Program-made: the position numbers and the translations under genes
Part shown: positions 12,340 to 25,552 of the stretch, piece after piece
Position numbering within the stretch: position 1 is the first letter of the stretch
How the letters are laid out: each line of letters opens with the position of its first letter
DNA from: Chiloscyllium plagiosum
Lineage: Eukaryota
Assembly (NCBI RefSeq): GCF_004010195.1
Contig: NC_057720.1
Location: forward strand, 16,372,478 to 16,436,477
Length of the DNA stretch: 64,000 nt
Direction: 5' to 3'
Notes under the pieces: generated by a model
The model's input: only the letters and a program-made list of their open reading frames with translations
Databases searched by the model: none
What the model was told of the DNA's origin: nothing

Positions 12340-13250
12340 TTACCTAATATTTTAATGTATCTTTTTCCCAATTTAGACTAAAACATAGATCTAGTTTTCA
12401 ATCCTGAAGGGAAGAGATTGCATAAAAAGAAACAGAGGTAGGGGGAAGGTAGGGTGGTGTCAAGAATCAATCCTTGGGGAACACCAAAGCTAACAGTAAG
12501 GTAGTGAGGGTAGAAGCACAAGTGGTTGGATCAATAATAATGGAACCAGGCTGCAGCAGTTCCATCCATAGGACAGCAGTGGAGATCTGTAAGTGCGGAA
12601 TTTCATGTGCAGAGGATACAGAGCAAATTAGAAGCTTGAAGATAGAAGCTGACTTTGTCAAAATCACATAAGATAGAATGGTTACTTTGGCAAGAATTGA
12701 TCTTATGCTACAGTATGCATAGAATCAGATGAGAAGGATTCAAATATGAAATACCATGATTGACATGGATTTGATGAGTAATAATAAATTCAAGAACTTT
12801 GGAAAGGGGGTGATGAAATTGTAGATGAGCACAGTTTAGAAGGATGAAACTTCAAGGTTTGGCTTTCTGAGGAGATGGATAATGATGGCAAAATGGAAGC
12901 AAAAGTGCAACATACCAGAGGATAGAGAACATTTAACAATATCAGCTAACATTGGAGCCAGGAAAGCAAGTCGGATGATCAGCAGTTAAGCAGGGCTAGA
13001 ATCTAGAAAGCAAGAGGTGAGTCTCATTGACAATTTGAGTTTGGAGATGAAAGGAGATGCAGTAGGAGAGGAACTAAAGAAAAATGAAAATTCAGTGTTA
13101 TGCCAGAGGAACCTCAGAGGTAGTTTGTCTAAGTGGACTAGGGGAAGTGAGAGAAACAGCAATGGCTGCTGATCAGAGAGTGTCGATCTTTCTATCAAAA
13201 AATATTTTGAGCTCCTCACACCTATTGTTTGGAGATGAGGGTGGATGAAG
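12340..13250 (-). mobile_element. L2-type LINE RT fragment, old
   Basis: Reverse-strand TSCFLD...LAPMLADIV.CSLSSG segment and a VPQG-like motif near 12470. Confidence 0.65.
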
Positions 13251-14579
13251 AGGCAAAAGTTCAGACTCTACCTATGATTCTGATAAAGACTAAATACATT
13301 AAACATGAACTTCAAATTCCCAGTGACCAACTTAAAGGAATTGCATGACAAGGTCATAAGTTTTAGGACTTTACTGTCGTCTACAAATAAAAAGTAATAT
13401 TTTCTAACATTGATTTCATTGATATACACTAATTTACAAAAAAACCCTTTGTTAGTTATTTAATATGACTGAAGATCTCCCTTTATATTTATTTCATTCT
13501 TTAAGAAGACACTCTATTCTCTAAGATTCAGTCCGACATAATTCTTAATCCCCGTGCTTGCCTTCAGTTCCTCTTCACAATTGATAACTTCTAACCCCTA
13601 AACTGGCTTTTACACAGAGTTCACCTGGAGATTCCTCCCTCTAGACAAAGTCAAGTGAGTCTTCCAGTCGCATTTAAATACTGTTGAGATCAGTATCTTT
13701 ATTCCAAGAGTGAGCTCCTAGTCATTTGGTGAACCAGAGAGATGCTACCTCTCAGCTTTCTTTATCAAATTCTGGCAGAATTGAGTGTGTCTTTAAGAAA
13801 ACATCCTATAAGCCAAACCAACAATGGCTTTCTATGGACTCTTCCCCACCCCATCTCTCAAAGTTCATGGCAACATGAATCACATGGGCCTTGTGCCTAG
13901 GTAGAAATTAGCTATCCTTTAGACTAGCAAAAGCATTTTATCTTGAAGCTAAATAATTTAATGAATAACCATTTAAAAACTTGAAATTTCATAACATTTT
14001 CCTGAGACTTTGAAAATTAACAGTCTATCCACTGTCAGCTTGGATGCTCTGGTCTTTATATATGGTGTGAACATCTTGTAACCTACTTCCCAATTAAACA
14101 ACCTGCCCCTTCAATCTTTAACAACCAAGCCATCTAGACACACTGTTACTAGAATTCAGTACAAGTCACAGAACCCCCTTCATTCATACATTTTACTCTA
14201 AATTAAAGACTGTGTCCCCCCAAAAAAAATCTTATACAACTTCACACTAAGAGGTATACAGAGGGCAGAAATAAGATTCTTGAACACCATTGAATGGCTA
14301 AACTGGAAAGAAATTCAAGAATTAGGAAATGTCATGATCAACATATCTAATACAACAGAATATCAATCAACAGAGGAAAAAAATGTTGACTGTAAAGTTA
14401 AAACCAGAAAATAAAAGCCAGAGGAAGCTTTATTCAAACTGTATGATACAATTACACATTGGTTATTATATCCATTTTGGATCACCAAGAAACAGAATAG
14501 ATATCCAGGCAGTAGGCCAGAGATCGAAGCACTCACGCCTGATCAATTGTGTCAGAAAATTGAACTCTCAACATATGAG

Positions 14580-15570
14580 CAGGATCTGTTCTCTTCTACT
14601 ATTCACTGATATCATGGCTGATCTATGGCCTAACTCCATATACCTGCCTTTGGCCCAAATACCTTAATATCTGTGCTTAATGAAAGTTTCTCTCTCTCAG
14701 ATTTAAAATTAACAACTAATGTAACATGCACTGCCATTTCTGGAAGGGAGTTCCAAACATCTACTGTCCTTTATTTATAAAAGTTCTTCTGAACATCTCT
14801 CCTGAATTTTCAGACTATACTCCTAGTTCTAGAATCTAGGAACCCAGTAGAAGTAGTTTCTCTTTATCTACTCTGTCTTTTCCAGTTAATATCTTGAAGA
14901 CTTCAATCAGATAACCTCTTAGCCTTCTGAATTCTAGAGAAAACAGGTCTAATTTGTGCAATTTCTCCTCCTGAAATCCATGTATCATTCTTGCAAACCT
15001 ATGTTGTACTCCTTTCAAGGTCAATATATCCTTCCTAAGGTGTGGCATCCAGATCTGCTCATACTACTCCAAGTCGGGACTAAGCAGGATGTTGCATAAT
15101 TGCAGCATAACTTCTGCATCCTTGTACTCCAGATCTCCACACATAAAAGCCAGGATTCCATTAGCTTTCTTGATTATTTTCTGCACCTGTTCATGACAGT
15201 TTAAAAATCTATGCACCTGAACCCCAAATCTCTTTCAACATACACTGATATTTAACCTAATACCAATGTGTGAGATGCTGCACTTTGGGAGATGAAATGT
15301 TATGGGAAAGTATATAGTTAACGGCAGGACCCTTAACAGCATTGATAAACGGAGGGATCTTTGGGTGTAAGTCCATAGCTGCCTGAAAGTGGTCACACAA
15401 GTAAATAATGTAAATAGTTGAGACTCTAACACTGATCCTTGTGGGGCACCACTGGTCACATCTTTCCAATTTGAGGATCTACCCATTATCCCTATATTCC
15501 ATTGCCTGCCACTCAACCAATTTTCCAGGCGTGTCAGTAATTTGCCCCCAATTCTGTTCGCTTCTACCAG
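14580..15570 (-). mobile_element. CR1 LINE 3' fragment with an opposite-strand CR1 piece at about 15255-15400
   Basis: Peptides PHLRKDILTL...LFSLEFRRLRG and VTSGAPQGSVL. The internal plus-strand piece reads CEMLHFGR. Confidence 0.85.
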
Positions 15571-16229
15571 TGGAGGTTAAGGTACACTGGAGAAGTTTAT
15601 GCTTTCAATGTTGAAAGAATGCAACTCAGATGATTTTATATTGGTATATCAAGCTGCATACTGTACAGAAATGATAGTAAACTGCTACAAGCTAAATTGT
15701 AAACATGAGCAAAGGTGCATAGGTTCAAAGTAGTAAATAGCATTTTTAGCAGAGTGCTCCTTTTTAATTACTGACTGACATTGGGAATGGACATTTAGTT
15801 GAATAATGGAGGTGAAATCCCAGGAATCAGTTCAAACCAATGGATATTGTGGCAAACAAAAATGGGCTGTTTGACCTCCCTTGTTTACCTGAGAGGTAGA
15901 ATTAATTGGCTGAATGAGACAAATAAGATACAAATAGTTTCCTGGATAAAATCGCACATAGTCAGAAATAACATACTTAGAAATGCTGCTTTAACATTAC
16001 AGAAGATAATAGAATGATTGAGGCTCCCAAATTACAATTTAACAAAGACAAAATAAAGGGAATTTATTTGGAACTGATTTGAGGAAGAAGACGAAGGTTA
16101 AGAAATCAGGACAACATTTTCTTGCTTTAGTTAGAAACACGACTTTCAATCTTGTCTGTGGATTTTAGCAGCTATCAATCAAAAAAGAAGCTGGTCACAA
16201 TTTTCCTGCAGTCAATCTCATGAAACATT

Positions 16230-16670
16230 AATTCACCCTGAGAAATGACAGTAAATCAGCCAATCTGTCAGTTTAATATCAATTGTGAGGAAGTTACTAG
16301 AATCTATCATCAGAGACAGATTGACTGAGCAGTTGGACAAGTAGCAGTTGATCAAAGGAGTCAGCATGGATTTGCGAAGAATAGGTTATGTCTGACCAAT
16401 CTAGTTGAATTTTTTGAAGAGGACACTAATATGTTGGATAGAATTGTGCCTATGGATGTTGTCCAAATAGACATCCAGAAGACACTTGATAAGATTCAAT
16501 GCAAGAGACTATTAGTAAAAATGAAAGCACTTGGAATTCAGAATTGATTTTTGAGAGTGGCAGGAGACAAAGGGTTAATTGCAAGAATCCTACAAATGGT
16601 TTTCAGTAAGGATCTGGCCTGGAACTTCAGCTTTTTCCTAGCTATATTAACAGATAAATGATGAGAGAAT
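16230..16670 (+). mobile_element. Old CR1 RT fragment
   Basis: SQHGFAKNRLCLTNLVEFFEE motif. Confidence 0.8.
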
Positions 16671-17124
16671 AGTATTGACCTTTAAGTAGAGAGACTTGGT
16701 ACGAGAGAATGAACTGTCACTTCTTTAATCAGGAATGTTTAGGACTACGTTATTCCTGAATTTTGGAATATTTTGGATCTAGAAGACATTAGACTGCTTA
16801 ACCACAACTGTGTGAACCAAAAAATGTTTCAAATATTTGAAATAGAAATAAACACAGGTTTAATTATCTGAACACTATCTTTCATGTTTCTGCTCCTAAA
16901 GTATTGTGTTAACAAGATACTGTTAACTGCTTTGATCTGCTCAAAACATTTGAGAACAACAGGTGCTCCTAAAACAGTAGCTTTCTGGGCTGGTGATGAT
17001 AGCATGTGCTACCAAAAATGGGTCAGCATGGTGTTTGTGATTCACATGGGCTTCCTCCCACTCAATCTATTTATCTCACTTTATCGACATATCCTTTGGT
17101 TTCTTTCTCTCTTACGTACTTCAC

Positions 17125-17535
17125 AGAACCACAAAACTGTTGCTACCCTAAAGGACATCATTCAGCTCTTGTTGTCTACATCAGCCCTCTGACTGAGCAA
17201 CCATCCAGTTCCAGAGCCTCACCTTTTCTCTGTAACTCTCACATTCTTCATTATCAGATGACTATGTAATTACCTTTGGAATGCCTCAATTGAACCCGAT
17301 TCCACCACACTCTGACAGTGAAATCTAAATCCTAATCAATAGCCACACGAAAAAGAAAGACTTTCTTCGTATTGCTTCTGCATTGCTTTGTTTAACAAAC
17401 ATAGGAACTGTTTTTCCCTTATCTACTCTTTCAGAACCCTCATGATTTTAAATAGCTCTCCTCTCAGGATCTTTTTCTGAGTGCTACCCTCTCCAATATA
17501 TCTTCATGAATGAAGTTCCTCATCACTGGAACCTG
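17125..17535 (-). mobile_element. Old CR1 3' end
   Basis: Similar to the other CR1 3' ends in the window; highly decayed. Confidence 0.6.
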
Positions 17536-17940
17536 TTGTGATCCTAGCAAATGATAATGCTGAACAAGTCAAATCCCAGAGTGAAACCAAGCCTGATGGT
17601 CAATCATTTCCATTTTCCCATTGTTTACTGTCGAGATCAGTCACTCGACATATTCACAAGGGGCTGCCAATGTATTTTTAAATAAAAGATCAAAGTTTAT
17701 TTAACAGGGAAATAAAACACAGACTATATTACATTTGACAAGAATTATTGGAATGATCTTACTACAAGAATCAGGAAAAAAAATCCTGTTTTATCACAGT
17801 TTATTCTTACTCAAAACTCAGTATGGGTTACCCCTAGAATCACACTAAAACTTCTTGCTCAGCTGGCATAACTGTAATCAGTTTCCTTACTGCAAATGGT
17901 TGCACATTCACTGGATGCTATTCTCTTCAGTTACTGTCCC
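17535..17940. repeat. Unclassified interspersed repeat, copy 1 (possibly solo LTR)
   Basis: Colinear similarity with 39688-40290 (caagtcaaatcccag / cagtcact...atattcacaag...gccaatgta). Confidence 0.55.
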
Positions 17941-18109
17941 TTGAAAAAACTAACTCAGCTCCTTATTACTTAACATGGGATCCATAAACTTAGCAGCCTT
18001 TCATTCCTTTATTTCTGACATCTCCATTGCTGTCTGCTTTGGAGCTCTCTTCTCACTAATCTCTAAACTTCTCAGGACTTCTCACCAGCCCTGGCTGCTT
18101 GGAGACTGC

Positions 18110-20166
18110 TAAAACAACACCTCTGCCACTGTTGCAGCAGAATTGAATTCCAGCACAATCTGTAACCTCAATGACTGGCATATTCCCCTCAATCATTACC
18201 ATCAAGCCAGGGGACCAACCCTGTTTCAATGGAGAGTGCAGGAGGGCATGCCAAGTGCAGCACTAGGCATACCTAAAAATGAGGTATCAACCTGGTGAAG
18301 CTACCAAACAGAACTACTTGCACGCCAAACAGCGTAAACAGCAAGTGATTGACAAAACTAAGCAAGCCCACAACAAGTAGATCAGATCAAAATTCTGCAG
18401 TCATACCACATCCAGTCGTGAGTGGTAGCGGACAACAGGTCATTGGAGGAGGAGGCTCCGCAGATATCTCCAGCCTCAACAATGGAAAAGCCCAGCACAT
18501 CAGTGAAATAGAGAAGGCTGAAGCATTTGCGGCAATCTTCAGCAAGAAGTGCTGAATGGATGATCCATCTCGTCCTCATCCAGTGTCCCCAGCATTACTG
18601 ATACCAGTTTTCAGCCGTTTTGATTCACTCCACATGATATTAAGAAATGGTTGGAGGCACAAGATACTGCAAAAGCTACAGGCCCCAACAAAATTCTGGC
18701 AATAGGACTGAAGACTTTTGCTTCAGAATTTGCCATTCCCCTAGCCAAGCTCCTCCAGTATAATTACAATGCTGGCATCTACCTGACCAATATGGAAAAT
18801 TGTCCAGCTAGGCCCCTAACTTAAAAAGCAAGGTAACTCCAACCCAGCCAATTACAGCCCCACCAATCTACTCTCGATCATCAGTAAAGTGATGGAAGCT
18901 ATTAAGCAGCACTTGCTCAGCAATTACCTACTCAATGATGCCCAATTTAGGTTCCACCAGAGCCAATCGGTTCCTGACCTCATTACACTCTTGATTCAAA
19001 ATGAACAAAACACTGAATTCTAGAGGTGAGGTGAGAGCCATTGACATTAAGGTTGGATTCGACTGAGTGTGGTATCAAGAAATGCTCATAAAACTGGAAT
19101 CAATGGGTATCAGAGGGCAAATTCTCTGGTTGGAGTCATACCTGGTACATAGGAAGATGGTCATGATTGTTGCGGGTCAGTAATCTCAGCACCAGGACAT
19201 CTGAGTTCCTCAGGATAGTGTCCTAGGCCAAACCATTTTCAGTTGCTTCATCACCAACCTTCCCTCCATCATAAAGATCAAAAGTTGGGATGTTCATCGA
19301 TGATTGTACAATGTTCAGCACTACTCACAACTCCTCAGATACTAAAATAGATCATGTTCAAATGCAACAAAATCTGAACAATATCCAGATTTGCTAACAA
19401 GCAGCAAGTAACATTCATGCTATAGAAATACTGGTAAATGACTGTCACCAGTAAGAGCCAATCTAATCACTACCCATTGACATGCAACGGTAATCACTGA
19501 ATCCCCCTCTATCAACATCCTGAGTGTTACCAAAGATAAGAAACTCAGCTGGACTCCCAACAAACTCAGTAGCTATAACAGCAGGTCATAAGCTAGGAAT
19601 ACTGAGGTGAGTAACTGACTCTGACTCCCCAAAGCCTGTCTATCATCTGCAAGGCACAGGTCAGGAGTGTGATGAAATACAACCTGTGGGCCCAGATGGG
19701 TGCAGCTCCAACAACACTTGAGAAGTTCAACACCATTCAGGACAAAGCAACGTGCTTGATTGGTACCACATCCATTCCCTCCATTCATGCTCAGTGGCAG
19801 CAATGTGTACTATCTACATGATGCATTGCAGAAATTCACCCAAGATCTTGAAGCAGCACCTTCCAAACCCATGGCCACTTCCATCTAGTAGGACAAAGGC
19901 AGCAGATACATGGGAAAATTACCACCTGCAAATTCTCATTCAAGCCTATTACTGCCCTGATTTGGAAAAATATCATGATTCCTTCACTGTTGCTCCATTA
20001 TATTTGTGGAATTCCCTACCAAATGGCACTGTGGGTCAACCCAGAGCAGTTGGCCTGCAACAGTTCAAGGAGGCAGCTCACCACCACCTTCTGAAGGGCA
20101 ACTAGGGATGGGCAATATATGCTGGCCAGCCAATGATCCTCACATCCAATGAATGAATTAAAAAAA
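18110..20166 (+). mobile_element. CR1-group LINE (Zenon-like, clade tentative), decayed ORF2 and 3' end
   Basis: EKAEAFAAIFSKKC, RT motifs (DIK..FD.VW, VPQDSVLG), SVAAMCTIY.MHC and QQFKEAAHHHLLKGN*, followed by an A-rich tail. Confidence 0.85.
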
Positions 20167-20179
20167 CTTCACTTGCAAT

Positions 20180-20665
20180 ACAAATACAGTGTGGATACCA
20201 GATATCCAGGAAAGATATAGTGGCTTTGGAAGAGTTACAGTATAGATCCACCAGAATAATTCCAGAGTTTAAAGGGATAAATTCTGAAGGCACATGGAAG
20301 GAATGTAACGTGTATTCCTTTAAATTTATAAGATTGAACTGTGATCTAACCAATGTGTTTTACACAACAGAAACATACTAGGATAAACACAGGAAATAAT
20401 TTCCTCTGTCAGGGCCAGCTGGGCCAAACAGAATTAAAATTCAGGAAGCAATTTTTTCTACACCATGGTGCATTGTCACAAGGAACCTGATACTTTGAAA
20501 GGCAATGGTGACAGGTCAATTGAAATTTTCAAGATTGAGATTGGTAGGTTATTGTAAGGCAAGGTATCAATAGGGTATGGATCACAGGAGAGTAATGGAT
20601 TGAGGTATGATGATCTCACTTAGTGGTGGAACAGGTTCAAGGGAGTGAATGATTTATAACTATGT
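20180..20665 (+). mobile_element. Old CR1 3' end
   Basis: Decayed RKDIVALE..Q.R.TRIIP and tail gaacaggttcaaggg. Confidence 0.65.
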
Positions 20666-20739
20666 CTATATTCCTTACCACAAATCTGCCATTAATAACC
20701 TGACTTAACGTTTCTGAATCAAATAACCACCATTTGCAG

Positions 20740-21255
20740 AGTCATAAAGTCAAAGAGATACACAGCACAGAAACAGAACCTTTGGTCCATCTCGTCCATG
20801 CCAGTAGATACTCTAAACTAATCTACTCCCATTTGCCAGCATTTGGTCCATATGCCTCCAAACCCTTCCTATTCATGTAACCATTCAGATGCCTTTTAAA
20901 TGATGTAATTGTACCAGCCTCCACCACTTCTTCTGGCAGCTCATTCCATACACGCACCACTCTCTCTGCGTGAAAAAGTTGCCCCTTAGGTCCCTTTTAC
21001 ATTTTTCCTTTCTCACCCTAAACCTATACCCACTAGTTCTGGAATCCCCATCCCAGGGAAAAGACCTTGTCTACTTACCATACCCATGCCCCTCATGATT
21101 TTATAAACCTTTATAAGGTCACCCCTCAGCCTCCAACACTCCAGGGAAAACAGCCCCAGTGTATTCAGCCTCTCCCCCTTAGCCCAAACCCTCCAAACCT
21201 GGCAACATCCTTGTAAATTTTTTCTGAACCCTTTCAAATTTCACAACATTCTTAC
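20740..21255 (-). mobile_element. CR1 (HER1-like) 3' end
   Basis: ERLNTLGLFSLECWRLRGDLIKVYKIM and the typical tail. Confidence 0.9.
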
Positions 21256-22109
21256 TTGTTTTAATCTGGAATATTTCATTTATTCAGCTGTGGAGTAAAT
21301 TTTGTAGAAGCTGACTTCCAAGTTCACAAGTCAGGATTAGTGATGAGCACTTGTCAGTTACAGTGGACGATATGCTTGACAATTGGTCCTTTTGGTGCTG
21401 CAAGGCAGTCAATTACCATACAGTCAAGACAAACAACATTGTCATGAATAGAAAACCAGGTGAGCTTGGGTCCAGTGCAGTCTGAAACAGGATGGATATT
21501 CACATCATGATAAACAACACAAGGCAAAGTTTAGTGTTGTTTAAAAAAAAATCACCGAGGGATTGTGCTAGGTCCAAATAGCAAATTGCGGATTATAGAA
21601 TTTAAAGCATTTTTACCTACTCACCAAAAGTGATGAAGTCATTCCACACAAGCAAGGGCATCAATAGGTGCTAAATGAGGTTAGAGAAATGAATGGATAT
21701 ATCTTGATTTTAAGCAATTTGATTCTATCAATATTGGTTAATTTGTTTTGGTTCAATTACACACTGGAGCATCCATTGAATGTTCGTGTTCCAGATATAA
21801 TGGACAGGAAACATTTATTGTGTGAACACATAGGGATGTATTACACCAGGTATCATCCCTTTCACTTTGCTCAGGATTTCAGGAAATGACAGCAATATTG
21901 ATGTCACAGTAAAGAAATTTTTGCATTTATGTTCCATGTTTTACAATTACGGGATGTCCCAAAATGTTTTACTGCCCTGAAATACTGTTTGAAGCGTCAT
22001 TGTTATCAGTATCTTCTATTTGAGATGATGGCTAATCATAATCTTGAGTTTCTGCAATGTTTCTTCATGTCACAGAATACGCCAATTCTTGACAGATGGG
22101 GCAGGACAT

Positions 22110-22700
22110 CAGACTTTCAAAGGGAATGGAGTGTAAAAATAGGGAGGCTTTGCTAAAATTATACAAGGCAGTCGTCAGACTACAGCTGGAATGCTGTGAA
22201 CAGTTTTGGTTTCCATACCTCAGGAAAAATGCATTGGCATTGGAGGCAGTTCAGAGAAGGTTCACTTGGTTGTTTCCAGGTATGGAGAGATTTTCTTATG
22301 AGGAGAGATTGAGTATGTTGGTCTCGTACCTATCAGAGAATATAAGAATGAGAAGAGACCTTATTTAAATATATAGATTGTCAGGTTTCTTGACAGAATA
22401 GATGTAGAGAGGTTTCCTTTATTCAGAGTTAGGGATTGTCAATTTAAAATAGATGAGCATTTTCTTTCAGACGAGGCAATCTGTGCAATTCTTTACTGCT
22501 AAGGGCCTATAGAGGTGGGTACATTAAGTATAGTCAAGATTGAGATGGACAGATTTTAAAATCAATAAGGGAACCAATGGTTATTGGGATAAGGCAGGAA
22601 AGTAGACTTCAGGACTAACAGATCAGCTGTGATCTTATTGAATGGCAGAGAATTCTGTGGTTGAATAGCCTACTTCTACTCCTACCTTGTACAGACCTAT
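22110..22700 (+). mobile_element. CR1 3' fragment
   Basis: LKLYKAVVRLQLECCEQFWFPYLRK...RRFTWLFPG. Confidence 0.85.
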
Positions 22701-22888
22701 ATATTAAAATGGGATCCCGAATGCAGGATTTGCTTCCTTCTCTGCTGGTTATTATTATAACATTGAAGCTCAAAGTGTGTTGCAGGTTATGGACGGATTG
22801 TCACCAGTCTGAATGATTGGTAACAATGTCAGGTCAAACATTAACGTCAATGTCACCACACTTTGAAGAGTTTCAGAGTCACTTTGAA

Positions 22889-23002
22889 AGGTTCTTGTGA
22901 CTCAGTGTTAGTGTCCCTATGTCTGAGCCAGGAGGCCTATACCTATACACACCTGCTCCAAAGATGCGTAATAACATCTCTGAACAGGTCGAATACAAAA
23001 TC
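22889..23002 (+). mobile_element. Short (~115 bp) tRNA-derived SINE
   Basis: Homologous to 26481-26597; A-box-like head and A-rich end. Confidence 0.65.
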
Positions 23003-23510
23003 AACTATTGTGTCAGTCTGTTCCTGCCCCATCAAGCTCAGTTACTCCTACCTTGACTCCATCCTCTCTCAACTTGTCCAGACCCTGCCCACCTATATCT
23101 ACAATTCCTCCACGTTTGGGTTTATATGTTTGGGTTTCTAAACAGAGACATGCACGAGAATTCCTCTAAGCATGGCATTCCAACTGGAATGCTATCAACA
23201 AACACATCAAGTTAGACTCCATCTACCAGCCCCCTGAGAAAAAGAACAGGAAGTGACATCACCAATCCAAAGAAACCCAAACATATAAATAGAAAGCAGG
23301 AATTATCAGCAGTGCTTCGCCCGGAGGCCCACTGAAGATGTTACCTAGTAGGGTGATGAAACGTCCGGGGAAATGAACCTTTCAGCTCAGCGAGCAAACG
23401 TAATCCAGAATCATCTAGACTGGAAATATTAGCTTGCTCTCTTGCCATGGATGCTGCCTGACCCGCTGTGATTCCCAGCATTTTTTATTTTCAGTATAGA
23501 TCCAGCATCC
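23003..23510 (+). mobile_element. Two nested Penelope-like elements
   Basis: RT piece TIVSVCSCP...SYLDSILSQLVQTLPTYI (23003-23105) and terminal repeat (23410-23510). They are interrupted by a second PLE with an inverted 5' piece (about 23120-23140 vs 23271-23290), an ORF C-terminus KQRHAREFL*AWHSNWNAINKHI and its own terminal repeat. Confidence 0.8.
23328..23369 (+). ncRNA. Minimal type I hammerhead ribozyme motif (PLE-associated, partly decayed)
   Basis: CUGAAGA-U-GUUACC(loop)GGUGAU-GAAA-CGUC. Stem I is CCCA/CGGG with one mismatch. Confidence 0.7.
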
Positions 23511-23940
23511 CATTGATTACAAAATGTCCCTGTGGATTTGAAGTATTTCCATTGTCCTCCCTTGGAATGTTGACCATTTAAATTGAGTTAAATTGGTAGG
23601 AGCTTTGCCTGAATGCTTGAACAGCTAACTTCAAAAGAACGTAACACTGCTTGACCATTATACATTGAATCTCAGAGACTGAGTGGAGGTACTGCTGTTA
23701 GAATTTATCTAGTGCTCTTGCAATCCTATATTGCAATAAGATTTTGCAATGATGACAACTGTCTTACACACTAAGATATCTGCTGACTTGCAGAGATCTT
23801 TGTTGTTAAATACTCACTGTTGTAGATTATAGAAAGCTGAACTGTAGCTCATCCAGAGTTGGGTCTTCTTATCAATGATGGTCTTTTCTGTGGTAACTAA
23901 GAATAAAGCATTTTCCACTTTTCTTTTAAAGTATTTTCCA

Positions 23941-24228
23941 ACTGCCTCACAGTGCCAGAGACCCGGGTTCAATTCCCGCCTCAGGCAACTGTGTGGAGTT
24001 TGCACATTCTCCCCGTGTCTGCGTGGGTTTCCTCCGGGTGCTCCGGTTTCCTCCCACAGTCCAAAAATATGCAGGTTAGGTGAATTGGCCAAACTAAATT
24101 GCCCGTAGTGTTAGGTGAAAAGGTAAATGTAGGGGAATGGGTCTCAGTGGGTTGCTCTTCGGAGGGTCAGTGTGGACTTGTTGGGCTGAAGGGCCAGTTT
24201 CCACGCTGTAAGTTATCTAATCTAAAAA
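23941..24228 (+). mobile_element. HE1-type V-SINE, 5' truncated
   Basis: B-box ggttcaattcc, V-domain gtgtggagtttgcacattctccccgtgtctgcgtgggtttcc, CR1-like tail with tctaa repeats. Confidence 0.92.
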
Positions 24229-24231
24229 CTA

Positions 24232-24371
24232 TAGAACAACCTCGATTATCCGAACGAGAGGGGCAGGCAGTATTTTGTTCGGACAATGGATAACGCTTTC
24301 ATGGGACCTTGATCTTGTTCAGATAATCCAAAATTCGGATATTTGATGTTTGGATAACCGAGGTCGTTCTG
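24232..24371. mobile_element. Tigger-like MITE
   Basis: TIRs tagaacaacctcgattatccgaac / gtttggataaccgaggtcgttctg, TA on both sides. Confidence 0.85.
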
Positions 24372-24439
24372 TAGATAGTTTTAATTACTGACACCAGAGG
24401 GCAGTTGATCTTCGATGGAGTGAATAGCCCCTATCAGAT

Positions 24440-24830
24440 AGGTTGTCATGGGATTATCTCACAGCCTTGCTTGACCCAGTCTAGATTTTAAAGGTGCCTG
24501 TTTTAGATCTCCTACTCAAGACAATTTCAGTCATTTTATTATTACGCAGTTGCAGGATTGAGAAATTTCTTTGACATCCAAACCTTTGAAACATAATCCA
24601 CTGAGCCTCATGATTTACTGCTTCAAATCCTTTGGTCAGGTTGGAGATTGCAATGATGTTGGTATTGATTCTGGCATTTTTCTTGGACTGTTCAAAGATA
24701 TAGTTAGATATTCCTCTAAACTCTACAACTACCCTGTGGCTGGAAACATTTTCTCCGCCACAGGAAGTGTGCAATCCAAGAAAAAGCATTTTTGTGTCAT
24801 TGAACCATGGGAAAGCATTTCAATATTTAC
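24440..24830 (-). mobile_element. RTE-clade LINE RT fragment
   Basis: NLTKGFEAVNHEAQWIMFQRFGC resembles RTE DLTKAFD.V.RE.LW..L.KFGCP. Confidence 0.7.
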
Positions 24831-25127
24831 CATGGCATAATTTAACTCCTTTTGAAAAGATAATTTAAATTGTCACATTGTCGGAGTCAGGGAGAGGCAG
24901 GAGTGAGGTGGTGAATTTATTCTCCTCCCAAATTCATTGGATTAATCAATATGGTGTCTAGAAGAAAGAAGAAGTCCACCAGCTTTGAAGAGCTCAGTGG
25001 AATACCAGTGGAACTCAAGATGTTTTGGAAAGGAAATGTTTTAAATGAATACGTAGTGATGTTTTACATCATGCGCCACCCCTTTCTCATTGCTAAAGAC
25101 TTTTGGCTTTTCTAAAGATGGTATGAT

Positions 25128-25485
25128 AAAGACTTCCACCTTTGAACTGATTTTCACTATCTCAGGAACTCCCAGTGTTTTGCAGACATGATGTACTGTG
25201 TGAAGTGCAGTCACTCTTGTGATATAGGATGTTGCTGAAGGACAAATATTGGTCAGGATATCAGGGAGAGAACACCTGCTCTTCAAAGGCATGGAATCTT
25301 TAAAGCCCTGTCAGAGGAAGAGATGATTTCAGCTTAACATCTCAACCTAAAAACATCACGTGACAGTGCAGCACCCTTCTATATTCTCCTGGAATATTAC
25401 TTTAGATGCTGTGTTCAGGTCACTGCAATAGGCCTTCAAATCACACCATGGTCACAAAGAGGATGATAACTAACACTCAGCTACG
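25128..25485 (-). mobile_element. Deu-domain SINE (SacSINE1-like), old
   Basis: gacagtgcagcacc Deu core and tail gaagtgcagtcact. Related pieces at about 21915-22010, 36963-37300 and 45638-45830. Confidence 0.7.
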
Positions 25486-25552
25486 AGTGATCATTGGGAC
25501 AGGAATAAGCAGAAAGATGCAGTTCTCATATCCGACCTAGCTCAGCATTTTA

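Noticed and set aside
21335..21490. C/D-box snoRNA-like GTGATGA...CTGA
   Set aside because: No terminal stem, no recognisable guide sequence and no host intron.
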